A DNA stretch of 64,000 nucleotides. Origin: Bacteroidales bacterium (lineage in GTDB: Bacteria; Bacteroidota; Bacteroidia; Bacteroidales; UBA12077). The notes beneath the pieces were generated by a model. The model did not search any database and was not told the origin of the DNA. It saw only the letters and a program-made list of their open reading frames with translations. Each line of letters begins with the position of its first letter. The stretch's first letter is position 1. Of this stretch, positions 8,471 through 19,505 are shown in pieces. The stretch spans positions 5,064 through 69,063 of the forward strand of contig DATFIZ010000068.1 in the NCBI GenBank assembly GCA_035269575.1. Direction: 5' to 3'. The translations under genes and the position numbers were made by a program.

Positions 8471-11068
8471 TTAAAATTGCTGTCCTATAACAAAGTGGAA
8501 CTGACTTCCACTTGCATCTTCGTTTCCTGGGATGTTATCAAATCCATACCCCCAATCAACACCCAGTAAGCCAAACATGGGTAGGAATGCTCGTAAACCA
8601 AATCCTGCTGACCTTTTAATTTTGAATGGATTATAATCCTTAATATCTGACCATGCATTACCTCCTTCAACAAAAGCAAGCAAATATACAGTAGCCTGAG
8701 GTTTTAAAGCTATAGGATAACGTAATTCGAAATTAATTTTCTCGTAAACATTCCCTGCATCTTTGCCGTTTCTGTCTACAGGAGTTAGCGACCCATTTTC
8801 ATAACCTCTTAAAGCGATGGTTTCAACACCATACAAACTATATCCAGAAAGACCATCACCTCCCATATTAAACCTTCCAAAAGGAGTATAACCAATATCT
8901 TTATTGTAATACCCCAGATAACCAAACTCTGTATTAGTTGCTAATACCAAATCATCCCAGACTCTTAAATACCAGGCTCCTTTATATTTCCATTTATGAT
9001 ACTCTACCCAATTAAATTTACGCAAATTTACTTCCTCTTCAATTGCATTCTGAATTAAAACATCTTTTTCTTCCTGGGCATAAGTATCCCAGTCATCATA
9101 ATCATTCGGTACCTCATTTACAATTTGTCCGCGCTCATTATTTGACAAACGCCAAAAATTATCTTCTTTGAACAATGAATAAGGGGGAGTAAATTGTAAT
9201 GATAAAGAAAAGGATGACCCTGAACGTGGATAAATAACCTGGTCGGTTGAATTTCTTGCAAAAGTTGTAGTTAAACTAAGGTTATTTGCATCTCCATTAT
9301 TAATAATAAATCCTCCCCAATCATTTAAAATAAATCTTTGATAGGATATTGAGTTTGACACCGTAAAATAATCATCAGGCCATTTTAACCTTTGACCCAA
9401 ACCTATTGAGGCTCCAAAAATTTTCAAGAATTCTTCGCCAACCTGGTAGAAATAATTGGTGGTTTTTTGAACACTATAATATGCAGACACCGAGAAAGAG
9501 TTGGGTTTCTTACCCCCAAACCAAGGTTCTACAAAATTAAAACTATAGGCTGAATAATATTGCCCATTGGTTTGAGCTCTTAAGCTTAACGTTTGTCCAT
9601 CGCCTGAGGGGATAGGCCTCCATGCCCCTTTTTCAAATATCTTACGGGCAGAGAAATTACTAAATCGGAGTCCCAGGGTACCAACAAACATTCCTGCGCC
9701 CCATCCTCCTGAAACTTCGAGCTGGTCGGTAGATTTCTCCACTACAGAATAATCCAAGTCTACGGTTCCTTCAGCCTGATTGATATTGGTTGGTTCAATA
9801 CCAAACTGTTCCGGATCGAAATAATCCAACTGAGCCAATTGTCTTTGCGAACGCATAATATCGCTTTTACTAAACAACTCACCAGGGCGAGTGTATAATT
9901 CTCTTCGGATAACATGTTCGTTTGTTTTAGTATTTCCGGCAATGTTTACTTTGCTTAAACGAACCCGTTTCCCTTCATGAATACGTAACTGAATATCTAC
10001 TGAATCGTTCTCAACTTTTTGTATCGATGGATTAACATTAAAAAATAAGTATCCATTGTCTAGATACAAGTTGCTAACTGCATCTTCGTCAATATTTAAT
10101 CGTTCATTAAGCATTTCAATATCAAAGGGATCCCCTTTTTTTATTTTTAATATGGCATTCAACATAGGAGTTGAATATATAGTGTTTCCAACCCAGTCAA
10201 TTTTACGAAAGAAATATTGATCTCCCTCGTTTATCTCTATATCAATTGCTATTCTTTTTTCATTTACTTGATAAACACTATCTCTAACTATTTCTGCATC
10301 TCTATACCCTTTAGCATTATACTCAGTTATAATTTTTTCTTTATCTTCTTCATATAAATCAGGAATAAACTTGGAAGGTTTAAAAAAGTTAAGATTAACT
10401 TTTTTGGTTTCGTCCATAGTTCTTCGCAGCTTTCCATTTGAAAATACGGTATTACCATAAAAATTAATATCCTTAATTTTTATTTTTTTCCTTGGGTCAA
10501 TATGAATTTTTAATTTAACATTATTCAATTGGGTGGTATCATCAATCTGAACAATATCAACACTTGCATTTGAAAACTTTTTCTCTTTCAGATAATCTAA
10601 AATAGTTCTTTCTGCTCTATTTATAAGATTTTCTGTTACCTGCATTCCTCTTTTAAGTTCCAGTTTCTCGCGAATATCCTTTTCAAAAGATTTCTTCACC
10701 CCATTAATTTCTAATTCAGAGAGTCTGTTTCTTTCCATTAAAAAAATCTCAAGGCTTATACTGTCAAGTACCACATCAGTAATTGATATTTTTACATCAG
10801 AGAAAAGCCCCTGACTCCAAAGTTTCTGAATAGCATCGGTAATATCATCACCAGGAACAGTAATTTCCTGCCCCACATTTAATCCAGAAAGATTGACAAG
10901 AATATTCTTATCCAGATATTTTATTCCGGCAACTGATATCTCTTTTATAATATATTCTTCAGGATTTTCATAATTAGCGATGGGTAATGAAGAATAATTA
11001 ATTTTCTGGGCTACTATTTGTATACTTAAAAATGAAAGAATTATGACAGGTAAAATCTTTTTTAACAT
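8471..11068 (-). CDS. bamA: Outer membrane protein assembly factor BamA
   Basis: 865 aa with a signal peptide, repeated POTRA-like modules, and a C-terminal Omp85 barrel ending in GQQF. Synteny is uppS-bamA-skp. Confidence 0.92.
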   Translation of the reverse strand: MLKKILPVIILSFLSIQIVAQKINYSSLPIANYENPEEYIIKEISVAGIKYLDKNILVNLSGLNVGQEITVPGDDITDAIQKLWSQGLFSDVKISITDVVLDSISLEIFLMERNRLSELEINGVKKSFEKDIREKLELKRGMQVTENLINRAERTILDYLKEKKFSNASVDIVQIDDTTQLNNVKLKIHIDPRKKIKIKDINFYGNTVFSNGKLRRTMDETKKVNLNFFKPSKFIPDLYEEDKEKIITEYNAKGYRDAEIVRDSVYQVNEKRIAIDIEINEGDQYFFRKIDWVGNTIYSTPMLNAILKIKKGDPFDIEMLNERLNIDEDAVSNLYLDNGYLFFNVNPSIQKVENDSVDIQLRIHEGKRVRLSKVNIAGNTKTNEHVIRRELYTRPGELFSKSDIMRSQRQLAQLDYFDPEQFGIEPTNINQAEGTVDLDYSVVEKSTDQLEVSGGWGAGMFVGTLGLRFSNFSARKIFEKGAWRPIPSGDGQTLSLRAQTNGQYYSAYSFNFVEPWFGGKKPNSFSVSAYYSVQKTTNYFYQVGEEFLKIFGASIGLGQRLKWPDDYFTVSNSISYQRFILNDWGGFIINNGDANNLSLTTTFARNSTDQVIYPRSGSSFSLSLQFTPPYSLFKEDNFWRLSNNERGQIVNEVPNDYDDWDTYAQEEKDVLIQNAIEEEVNLRKFNWVEYHKWKYKGAWYLRVWDDLVLATNTEFGYLGYYNKDIGYTPFGRFNMGGDGLSGYSLYGVETIALRGYENGSLTPVDRNGKDAGNVYEKINFELRYPIALKPQATVYLLAFVEGGNAWSDIKDYNPFKIKRSAGFGLRAFLPMFGLLGVDWGYGFDNIPGNEDASGSQFHFVIGQQF

Positions 11069-11092
11069 TCTATCTCAACAGTTTTAATTTAA

Positions 11093-11836
11093 TTAATTTT
11101 TTATTTGTTCACTTGTTTTACCAAAACGTCGCTCTCTTTTCTGATAATCTATTATTGCATTATATAAGTCTACCTTTCTAAAGTCTGGCCATAAAACGTC
11201 GGTAAAAAATAATTCTGTATAAGCTATTTGCCAGAGTAAAAAATTACTAATTCTGCACTCCCCGCTTGTTCTAATGAGTAAGTCAGGTTCCGGCATTCCG
11301 CTTGTATTTAAATAATTTTCAAAATACTTATTATCAATACGCTCAATATTAATCTTTTGTTTTTGATTCTCTTTTAAAATATTTTTAACAGCATTTAAAA
11401 TTTCCCATCTGGCACTATAATTAAGTGCCAGAACTAATGATAATCCTGTATTTTTTGCTGTTTTCTTTTTAATTTCCTGCAAATTTTTATTTACATCTTT
11501 TGGCAAATCCTCAATGTCGCCAATAGTTAATAAACGAACATTATTTTTAATTAGTGTATCGGTCTCTGCATTAATTGTAGCAACCAAAAGAGACATTAAA
11601 GCATCTACTTCCTGTTTTGGTCTGTTCCAGTTTTCGGTAGAAAAGGCATATAGGGTAAGATATTGAACTCCTAACTCTCCGGCACCTTCAACGGTTTCTT
11701 TTACAGCTTTCACTCCGTTTTTATGCCCAAAAATCCTTGTGTTTCCTTTCTTTTGTGCCCATCTGCCATTTCCATCCATAATAATAGCAATATGTTCAGG
11801 CACCTTTTTACTATCAATCTTTTCCTTTAAATCCAT
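11093..11836 (-). CDS. uppS: Isoprenyl transferase (undecaprenyl-diphosphate synthase)
   Basis: Motifs HIAIIMDGNGRWA, FSTENWNRP, IRTSGE.RISNFLLWQ and RRFG. Confidence 0.93.
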   Translation of the reverse strand: MDLKEKIDSKKVPEHIAIIMDGNGRWAQKKGNTRIFGHKNGVKAVKETVEGAGELGVQYLTLYAFSTENWNRPKQEVDALMSLLVATINAETDTLIKNNVRLLTIGDIEDLPKDVNKNLQEIKKKTAKNTGLSLVLALNYSARWEILNAVKNILKENQKQKINIERIDNKYFENYLNTSGMPEPDLLIRTSGECRISNFLLWQIAYTELFFTDVLWPDFRKVDLYNAIIDYQKRERRFGKTSEQIKN

Positions 11837-11843
11837 TGCTCAA

Positions 11844-12512
11844 TCAATCATAAGTCGGACAATCAATCCTATCTCTAAAAATCTTATAGGTGAAGAAAAC
11901 GCCAAAAAACGAATACCAGTCATCATTGTGTATAACTGGTGTGTTCACTTCGTCCTGGATATTTATTACTCCATCTATTTCATCATTAAATGTTTTACTG
12001 TAACTCCATTCAACACCTAAAGTTAAGCGCTCAAAGATATTATATTTAATTCCTAATCCAAAAGGAATTGTAACTGGATTTTCAAAACCTTTTGAATTAA
12101 TTAAATAGTTTACTCCAACTCCTGCAAACATAAACGGAGAAAATCTTTTTTTATTTTTTTTAATATACCCAGAGCTATTATAAGGAAGGAAATTAAACTC
12201 TAAAATCATGGAGACATCAAAATATGGAGTAGAAAAGGAGGCTCCTCTTTGTTGATTTTCAAGGGTTGAAAAATCTGTATCATTCCCTTTTAATTTTCCG
12301 TATGAGGATTTTAATGTTGAGGTTAAATAATCACTCAGATTATATTTCACAAGGATTCCTATAGCGGGTGAAGGAGAATAAAACAATCGTGAAGTATTAA
12401 TATCTCCCTGATAATAAGAAGTCCCAAAAAGAAAGCCCAGTTCAGTTTTGCTTTGTGAAAACACACTTATTCCCCACAGAAAGGAAATTAAGAACAATAA
12501 ATATTTTTTCAT
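11844..12512 (-). CDS. DUF6089-like outer membrane beta-barrel protein
   Basis: 222 aa with a signal peptide, alternating beta-strand pattern and aromatic C-terminus. It has the conserved position next to uppS in Bacteroidota. Confidence 0.7.
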   Translation of the reverse strand: MKKYLLFLISFLWGISVFSQSKTELGFLFGTSYYQGDINTSRLFYSPSPAIGILVKYNLSDYLTSTLKSSYGKLKGNDTDFSTLENQQRGASFSTPYFDVSMILEFNFLPYNSSGYIKKNKKRFSPFMFAGVGVNYLINSKGFENPVTIPFGLGIKYNIFERLTLGVEWSYSKTFNDEIDGVINIQDEVNTPVIHNDDWYSFFGVFFTYKIFRDRIDCPTYD

Positions 12513-12517
12513 ATAAA

Positions 12518-13276
12518 TTAATATCGGATTTTTGGTTTCCTGCTCTTTTGCTTAATTTTATATGAAACGTATATTGTCGTTAAATAGTATAAATCATTAG
12601 ATTCTGATAATTCGGGGCTAAAGCCATCTATATAATCAGTGGTTGTAATACGGGGTGAAAATTCCATACCGATAAAAAGATCGCTTCGCAAGGGATATTT
12701 GGCCCCAATGCCTACCGGTAATACAAGCGCCAGGTTTTTACTATCATTAAAACGATCACTACCTACGAAATTTTCTTTTGCTTTTGGCTTAAAATATGCC
12801 CCTCCGATACCGGCAAAAACATAAACATTTATAGAAGCATTAATTTTTTTCAACCCACTTCGAAGAGACATCGTTGAATAGGTTATTAATTGTTTTTCAG
12901 GGGTAATATGATATTCAATATGTCCATATAATTCAATTAGATTCGAAGAAAAAGCATAATCTCTTGTTTCGTTTTTAGAACTTTTATCCCAGCCGTAAAA
13001 ATTTGCATAGGTAAGACTACCTTTAACAGCCAATCTATCTGTTAATCTATATCTATACCCAACCATTAAATTAGGACGGCTATAAGCAAAATCAACATCT
13101 AAAAGAATTGAAGCATCAGGATCTTCAGCTCCACCAATATCTCCAAAATAATTAGCTAATCCGATACCTCCGATTAACTCTTGTCGGTTTAACTTCCATC
13201 TCTGACCATAACTAAAAGATGGAAGTAGTAATAAAATTATAATTAAAAGGGAAAATTGTTTTTTCATTTTATTCAT
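12518..13276 (-). CDS. Outer membrane beta-barrel protein (paralogous fold to the preceding gene)
   Basis: Signal peptide MNKMKKQFSLLIIILLLLPSFSYGQ and a beta-barrel-like pattern. The start was moved from 13324 to ATG 13276. ATG 13267 is also possible. Confidence 0.65.
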   Translation of the reverse strand: MNKMKKQFSLLIIILLLLPSFSYGQRWKLNRQELIGGIGLANYFGDIGGAEDPDASILLDVDFAYSRPNLMVGYRYRLTDRLAVKGSLTYANFYGWDKSSKNETRDYAFSSNLIELYGHIEYHITPEKQLITYSTMSLRSGLKKINASINVYVFAGIGGAYFKPKAKENFVGSDRFNDSKNLALVLPVGIGAKYPLRSDLFIGMEFSPRITTTDYIDGFSPELSESNDLYYLTTIYVSYKIKQKSRKPKIRY

Positions 13277-13397
13277 CTTCTTATTGCAAAGGTATCTATT
13301 TTCTAAAATTAAAAATAAATTCACTAATAATAAAATAATTTATTAATTATCTAGTCATTATAAACAATTGTACATTTATAAATGTTTCATCTTTTTT

Positions 13398-14276
13398 TTA
13401 ATTTCTTTTATCAGCTCCCCACATCAGTTTATTTCTTAATGTTTTATAGAAACTTGTATTATTTAATTTTAGGAGTCTAATTTTAAAATCGGCTCTTTCA
13501 ATTTTTAAATCCATTATGTTGTTAATAACAACCGATCGATGATCGATTGATGCAATATAATTAACCGCTCTACTCTCAAGTTTCAACTGAAGCTTACTAC
13601 TATCAGGCAATACAATCGGTCGCACGGTCAAGTTATGCGGAGAAATGGGTGAGATAATAAAATTTCCGGAATTAGGAATAATTATTGGTCCTCCAACACT
13701 TAGAGAGTATGCAGTTGAGCCTGTTGGTGTGGAAATAATCAAACCATCGGCCCAGTATGTATTTAAAAATTCTCCATCGATATAAACATGAACCTTAATC
13801 ATGGTTGAGTCTATTTTTTGAACGGCTATCTCATTTAATCCATAGGGAAAATCATCAAACACAGTAGCAGGGCTTTCCAATTTCAAAAGCGTTCTTTCTT
13901 CAATCGTATAATCACCTGTATAAATTGCTTCTAAAGCATTTTCAATTTCCTCTTTAGCTATAGATGCTAAAAATCCTAAGTTTCCTGTATTTATTCCAAC
14001 AATAGGAATTCCGGAATCTTTTATAAGGGTTATTGCATCCAAAATAGTTCCATCACCACCAATACTAAACATTAAATCAGTATCTCTATCCAGCTCATGA
14101 TATTTTCTAAAAGTTTTAATATTTTCAGGGGCAAGATTAATTTCGTTTATAAGGAAATTATAAAACTCCTGATGAACCAAAATAGCTGTATTATGATTCA
14201 CCAGATTACGAAAAAATCTGAGAATATAATCTTTAAAACTTTTATCAAAGGGTCTACCAAATATTGCAACTTTCAT
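13398..14276 (-). CDS. nadK: NAD+ kinase
   Basis: 292 aa with the GGDGT motif (SIGGDGTILD) and STPTGSTAYSLS. Confidence 0.9.
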   Translation of the reverse strand: MKVAIFGRPFDKSFKDYILRFFRNLVNHNTAILVHQEFYNFLINEINLAPENIKTFRKYHELDRDTDLMFSIGGDGTILDAITLIKDSGIPIVGINTGNLGFLASIAKEEIENALEAIYTGDYTIEERTLLKLESPATVFDDFPYGLNEIAVQKIDSTMIKVHVYIDGEFLNTYWADGLIISTPTGSTAYSLSVGGPIIIPNSGNFIISPISPHNLTVRPIVLPDSSKLQLKLESRAVNYIASIDHRSVVINNIMDLKIERADFKIRLLKLNNTSFYKTLRNKLMWGADKRN

Positions 14277-14354
14277 GAAGGGTCTAATTGAGATTTAAAA
14301 ACTGAGTTTTATCAAATATTTTGTATCATTCAAAAATCAAACCAAAGATACCTC

Positions 14355-15020
14355 TTACGTATTCAGATATCGCATAAACAACTCATATCTTGAATTATAA
14401 AGATCATTCTGTTCATCATACTCCATAAAAGAGGCTTTTATGCTGTAGTCATATCGATTAAATGTTTGAATAACAGGTGATATATCCGTTACATTTAATT
14501 TTAAGGTAATTTCCAGTTTGGTAGTTTCAGGTGCTGAATTCAAATACATACTTAAAATTTTAGCATTATTCGATTCAACAATTTGAGCAATCTCAGTCAA
14601 AGAATAATCACGTTCACTCAACTCCAAAACAATGATTCCACCAGGCTTTTCTATAGCTGTAATTTTTGAAAAATAATGCAAAAGCTCACTCATCCTAACC
14701 AAACCCATATATTTATTATTATAATCGAGAACAGGAACAACCGTAAGTTTAAGACGCCCGGCAATTTCCATGATTTCATAAACATGCTGGTCATAAAGTA
14801 CAAAAGGTCTTAGCAAGGAAAGTCTATGGTTTCCTATAGATTCATCGGGTGCATTTAAATCATAAATATCGGCATCAGAGATAAGTCCTAAAAATTCTTC
14901 ATTATTTACAATGGGTAAATGTGAAATACGAAATACTTCCATCCAATTTAAGGCTTCTACAGCTGTATCGGATGTAAGTAAAGAAGGTATCTCATCTGAT
15001 ATTAAATCTTTTGCCAACAT
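14355..15020 (-). CDS. CBS domain-containing protein
   Basis: 221 aa with a tandem CBS-like N-terminal half (HLPIVNNEEFLGLISDADI, VPVLDYNNKYMGLV). It has the conserved position between nadK and pdxJ. Confidence 0.8.
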   Translation of the reverse strand: MLAKDLISDEIPSLLTSDTAVEALNWMEVFRISHLPIVNNEEFLGLISDADIYDLNAPDESIGNHRLSLLRPFVLYDQHVYEIMEIAGRLKLTVVPVLDYNNKYMGLVRMSELLHYFSKITAIEKPGGIIVLELSERDYSLTEIAQIVESNNAKILSMYLNSAPETTKLEITLKLNVTDISPVIQTFNRYDYSIKASFMEYDEQNDLYNSRYELFMRYLNT

Positions 15021-15102
15021 ATATATTCAGTTCAAAAAATACTCGTATTTTTGTTCAATTAACAAATAATACCCATTTAATGTTTATATAAAAAATAAAT
15101 CA

Positions 15103-15819
15103 ATGACCAGACTAAGTGTAAATATAAATAAAATTGCAACACTAAGAAATGCCAGAGGTGGAAATATTCCAAATGTCTTAGAAGCGGCAATCAATTGTCA
15201 GCGTTTCGGTGCACAGGGAGTGACGGTACACCCCCGCCCCGACGAGAGACATATCCGATATCGTGATGTTTATGATATCAAGCCCATTATTACTACAGAG
15301 TTTAATATTGAAGGGTATCCTTCAGAAAATTTTATTGATTTGGTATTAGAGATAGTCCCAACCCAGGTAACCCTTGTTCCTGATCCACCCGAAGCATTAA
15401 CTTCGAATGCAGGATGGGATACCATTAAATATAAAAATCTTTTAAAAAAAGTAATTTCCAGATTCCATGCCAAAGGGATAAGAACATCCATTTTTATAGA
15501 AACAGATATTGAACGTATAAAAAATGCAAAAGACACAGGAACCGATCGGGTTGAACTTTATACTGAGCCTTATGCTGCCAACTATTCTATAAACCATGAA
15601 CAAGCAATAGCTCCATTTATTAAAGCAGCCGAAGCTGCAAATAATCTGGGATTAGGATTAAATGCAGGCCATGATTTAAATCTTGATAATCTAAAATATT
15701 TTAAACATCACATTCCCGGTCTACTTGAAGTATCGATTGGGCATGCCTTAATTTCAGATGCATTATACTATGGACTTGAAAATACCATTCAGATGTATTT
15801 ACGTGAATTAAAAAAATAA
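15103..15819 (+). CDS. pdxJ: Pyridoxine 5'-phosphate synthase
   Basis: Motifs [35 protein letters not shown] and NAGHDLN. Confidence 0.93.
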   Translation: MTRLSVNINKIATLRNARGGNIPNVLEAAINCQRFGAQGVTVHPRPDERHIRYRDVYDIKPIITTEFNIEGYPSENFIDLVLEIVPTQVTLVPDPPEALTSNAGWDTIKYKNLLKKVISRFHAKGIRTSIFIETDIERIKNAKDTGTDRVELYTEPYAANYSINHEQAIAPFIKAAEAANNLGLGLNAGHDLNLDNLKYFKHHIPGLLEVSIGHALISDALYYGLENTIQMYLRELKK

Positions 15820-15822
15820 ACT

Positions 15823-16626
15823 ATGGATTTGTTTTTCAGGAAATTTGGCAATGGCCCCCCACTAATTATCTTACATGGACTTTATGGTTCATCAGATAAC
15901 TGGGTAAGTTTGGGGAAGAAGCTATCTGCCGGTTTCGAGGTTTATTTATTAGATCAACGTAATCATGGCAAATCCCCACATTCACCACACCATAATTACC
16001 ATTTACTGAAAGAAGACCTGAAGAAATTTATGGATAAGCAATCAATAGAGAAAGCAATTATTCTGGGTCATTCGATGGGTGGTAAAACAGCCATGTTCTT
16101 TGCCGTTGATTATCCGGAAAGAGTAAACAGCCTGGTTGTTGTTGATATTTCTCCAAAATCGTATATAGACACAAAATCAACGCAGTTACTTGTGCATTCA
16201 ACCATTATCAACGCAATGTACAATGTCGACTTTAATCTTGTTAATAATCGCAGAGATATTGATAAAATGCTTTCCTCGGCTATACCGTCGAAAAAAGTAC
16301 GTCAATTTTTATTAAAAAACGTAAGCCGCACGAAAGATAACCAGTTTAAATGGAGCCTAAACCTGGAAAGTATCAGCAACGAACTAACGAATATCATGGA
16401 CGGGTTAGATACTGAGAAATTTAAAAAAGGAAAAGGAATTAGTGGCTTTCCTGTTTTGTTTATTAAGGGAGACCAATCTGATTATATTGACACTTCTGAT
16501 AAAACAGCTATTGAAATTATTTTCCCATTTGCAGAAATAGAAACGATTCCCAATGCAGGGCACTGGCTACATGCTGAACAACCAGTTATATTTTTAAATA
16601 CGATACGAAATTTTTTAGCCGGCTGA
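15823..16626 (+). CDS. Alpha/beta hydrolase
   Basis: HGLYGSSDNW, nucleophile elbow GHSMGG, and C-terminal NAGHW. Confidence 0.85.
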   Translation: MDLFFRKFGNGPPLIILHGLYGSSDNWVSLGKKLSAGFEVYLLDQRNHGKSPHSPHHNYHLLKEDLKKFMDKQSIEKAIILGHSMGGKTAMFFAVDYPERVNSLVVVDISPKSYIDTKSTQLLVHSTIINAMYNVDFNLVNNRRDIDKMLSSAIPSKKVRQFLLKNVSRTKDNQFKWSLNLESISNELTNIMDGLDTEKFKKGKGISGFPVLFIKGDQSDYIDTSDKTAIEIIFPFAEIETIPNAGHWLHAEQPVIFLNTIRNFLAG

Positions 16627-16631
16627 AAATG

Positions 16632-17357
16632 TTAATTCTTTGCAGATTCAACATTTTCGGATTCTATTAGCGGCTTCCCCTGATACCGCAGGAAGAGCTG
16701 TGCAATTGCCAGTACATCTTTTTCGCAATAGGTGACAATGCGATCAATATCTTTTTCTTTCCAATATACATCAGCTACCATACTCCCATCAATATCATCT
16801 TTAGGGGTTGGGATATTAAAAATATGGGTTAATAAGTTTAACGAGGTATAATGCTTATAATCACCAAATTTCCACAACTCCATGGTGTCTAAAAAAGTAA
16901 CCTCCCAGGGTTTTTTCCCTGCCACATCAAGTATTACCGGTAACTTAATTCCGTTGATCAACATCCGCCTGGAAATGTAGGGAAAATCAAACTCTTTACC
17001 ATTATGTGCGCACAAGTAAATACCATTATTTTTTGCATAGTATTTATTTAACATCTCAGCAAACTCGGTGAGTAAAAGTTTCTCATCGTTTCCATAAAAA
17101 GATTTTAACCGAAAAAATTGCCCCTCATTTTTATTAACAACAATACCTACCGATATACAGATAATTTTTCCATATTCGGCATAAATCCCTGCCCGCTGAT
17201 AAACATCAGCGGCTGTTTGTTCTTCGTCTCTAAAAAAAGATGATTTTTTCTCCCAAAAAGGTTTTAACAACTCAGGAACTTCTTTAAAATCAGGATACTG
17301 AGGAACGGTTTCGATATCCAGAAATAAAATATTTTCTACTTTAATATGGTCTAACAT
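16632..17357 (-). CDS. 3'-5' exonuclease, RNase H-like fold (PolB-exonuclease-like)
   Basis: DEDD-type motifs FLDIETV (ExoI), HNGKEFDFPY (ExoII) and YCEKDV (ExoIII). Confidence 0.75.
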   Translation of the reverse strand: MLDHIKVENILFLDIETVPQYPDFKEVPELLKPFWEKKSSFFRDEEQTAADVYQRAGIYAEYGKIICISVGIVVNKNEGQFFRLKSFYGNDEKLLLTEFAEMLNKYYAKNNGIYLCAHNGKEFDFPYISRRMLINGIKLPVILDVAGKKPWEVTFLDTMELWKFGDYKHYTSLNLLTHIFNIPTPKDDIDGSMVADVYWKEKDIDRIVTYCEKDVLAIAQLFLRYQGKPLIESENVESAKN

Positions 17358-17369
17358 AAAGCAATAATT

Positions 17370-17993
17370 TTATTGTATATCCAGGCGTAATTTTTTTTCT
17401 ATAATTGAGGTTAAAATATCAATACCTACCGTATTTTCTCCTCCTTGAGGAATGATTATGTCAGCATATTTTTTTGTAGGCTCAATAAATTGCAAGTGCA
17501 TGGGTTTAACGGTTTTTTCATAGCGGTCAAGAACTTTGCTCACCGATCTGCCACGTTCAACCAAATCGCGTTGAATAACCCGCATAAGCCTATCATCGCT
17601 ATCGGCATCTACAAAAACTTTGATATCCATTAAATTTCGTAATTGTGCATTTTGGAGAATTAAAATACCTTCAATAATAATCACTTTTTTAGGAGTTACT
17701 GGAATCACTTCATCAGAGCGTGTACATGTAAGGTAAGAATATATAGGTTGTTCAATAGCTTTTCCTTCTTTTAATCTTTTAATATGCTCGATTAACAATT
17801 TAAATTCAAGCGATCGCGGATGATCGAAATTTATCTCCTGCCGTTCTTCTAAAGGCAGGTGCCCACTATCACGGTAATATGAATCTTGTGGAATAATTGC
17901 CACTTCATCTTTGGGTAATTTTGCTACAATTTTTTTTACTACGGTTGTTTTTCCGGAACCAGTACCGCCGGCAATTCCAATTATAAAAGACAT
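17370..17993 (-). CDS. udk: Uridine kinase
   Basis: P-loop GIAGGTGSGKTT, NFDHP and IIEGIL. Confidence 0.92.
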   Translation of the reverse strand: MSFIIGIAGGTGSGKTTVVKKIVAKLPKDEVAIIPQDSYYRDSGHLPLEERQEINFDHPRSLEFKLLIEHIKRLKEGKAIEQPIYSYLTCTRSDEVIPVTPKKVIIIEGILILQNAQLRNLMDIKVFVDADSDDRLMRVIQRDLVERGRSVSKVLDRYEKTVKPMHLQFIEPTKKYADIIIPQGGENTVGIDILTSIIEKKLRLDIQ

Positions 17994-18103
17994 TTCAATA
18001 AAAATTTAATAACTTTGACAATCTATAAATGAGTGCCTGAAGTTAAATAAAACTATTGATAAAGACAAAGTGGGCAACAAATCATAAAATAAAAAGTACG
18101 GTA

Positions 18104-19117
18104 ATGAACGAATTATATCCATTTAAATTTAAACCCCAGTTTAAGGAAAAAATATGGGGTGGTCGACATCTTAAAGAGTTCTTAAACAAACCATTGCCTA
18201 AAAACAAAAAGATTGGCGAAAGCTGGGAAATATCAGGTGTTGAAGAGAATGTATCCACCGTTGATAATGGGTTTTTACAAGGAAATAAATTACAGGAGTT
18301 GATTGAAATTTATATGGGCGATTTGGTTGGTGATCGTGTTTATGATCAGTTTGGTATTGAGTTTCCTTTACTCATTAAATTTATTGATGCCAATGATGTG
18401 CTTTCTATCCAGGTACATCCTGATGACGAACTGGCAAAAAAAAGACACAACTCATTTGGAAAAACAGAGATGTGGTATATTGTTGAGGCAGAAAAAGACG
18501 CAGAACTAATTTCCGGTTTTAAGAAAAAAACAGACAAAAACACTTATCTAAAACACTTAAAATCAGGAAAATTGCCTGAGATCTTAAATTATGAAAAGGT
18601 ACACAAAGGCGATGTGTTTTTTATTCCTTCAGGCAGAGTTCATGCCATTGGTAAAGGAATTGTACTGGCAGAAATACAACAAACATCAGATATTACTTAC
18701 CGAATATTCGACTGGAACAGAACAGACGATCAGGGAAATTACAGAGAGCTGCATACAGATTTGGCATTGGATGCCATTGATTTTAATGTTTATGATAATT
18801 ATAAAACACCATACAAAATTAATCCTAATAAGGATGCTAATATTTTAAATTGTAAGTATTTTAATACAAATATCATTCAGTTTAACGAGACTATTGAAAA
18901 AGATTATCATCTACTCGATTCGTTTGTTATTTATATGTGCCTTGATGGGAAACTTGAAATAATTTATAACGAAACAGAAAAACTCTCCATAGAAAAAGGA
19001 GAAACCATTTTAATTCCGGCTGTTTTTGAACATTTGGTTTTAAATCCGGTTGATCAAAGCAAACTACTGGAAATTTATATTCCGGAACCAGAAAATGAAA
19101 AATCTACCCAGAAATAA
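18104..19117 (+). CDS. manA: Type I phosphomannose isomerase (mannose-6-phosphate isomerase)
   Basis: PFKFKPQFKEKIWGG, LSIQVHPDD, KTEMWY and RVHAIG. The start is set at ATG 18104 (MNELYPFKF); the track start at 18056 is TTG. Confidence 0.85.
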   Translation: MNELYPFKFKPQFKEKIWGGRHLKEFLNKPLPKNKKIGESWEISGVEENVSTVDNGFLQGNKLQELIEIYMGDLVGDRVYDQFGIEFPLLIKFIDANDVLSIQVHPDDELAKKRHNSFGKTEMWYIVEAEKDAELISGFKKKTDKNTYLKHLKSGKLPEILNYEKVHKGDVFFIPSGRVHAIGKGIVLAEIQQTSDITYRIFDWNRTDDQGNYRELHTDLALDAIDFNVYDNYKTPYKINPNKDANILNCKYFNTNIIQFNETIEKDYHLLDSFVIYMCLDGKLEIIYNETEKLSIEKGETILIPAVFEHLVLNPVDQSKLLEIYIPEPENEKSTQK

Positions 19118-19505
19118 AGGAATAGTTTTATTTGATGGTTATTGTAACTTATGTTCGTGGTCGGTACAATTTATTATCAAGCGCCATAAAAAAGATTATT
19201 TTCGGTTTGCATCATTACAGTCAGCAACAGCAAGGCAGATTAGGGACAGATTAAAGATTCCTTTAAATTCCACTGAATCTGTTGTACTTATTGAAAATGA
19301 ATCTGCTTATTACAGATCAACCGCAGCTCTTCGAATTGCAAAAAATCTAACGGGTTTATGGCCTTTGAGTTATAGTCTTATAATCGTTCCTAAAATTATC
19401 CGTGATTATATTTATACAGTAATTGCTAAAAACCGTTTTAAATGGTTTGGCAAGCGAACGGAATGTTACCTGCCTAAAAAAAATGAACAACAATTGTTTC
19501 TATAA
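19095..19505 (+). CDS. Thiol-disulfide oxidoreductase DCC family (DUF393) protein
   Basis: VLFDGYCNLCS is the characteristic D-x-x-C-x-x-C motif. ATG 19095 overlaps the manA 3' end by 23 nt. Confidence 0.8.
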   Translation: MKNLPRNKGIVLFDGYCNLCSWSVQFIIKRHKKDYFRFASLQSATARQIRDRLKIPLNSTESVVLIENESAYYRSTAALRIAKNLTGLWPLSYSLIIVPKIIRDYIYTVIAKNRFKWFGKRTECYLPKKNEQQLFL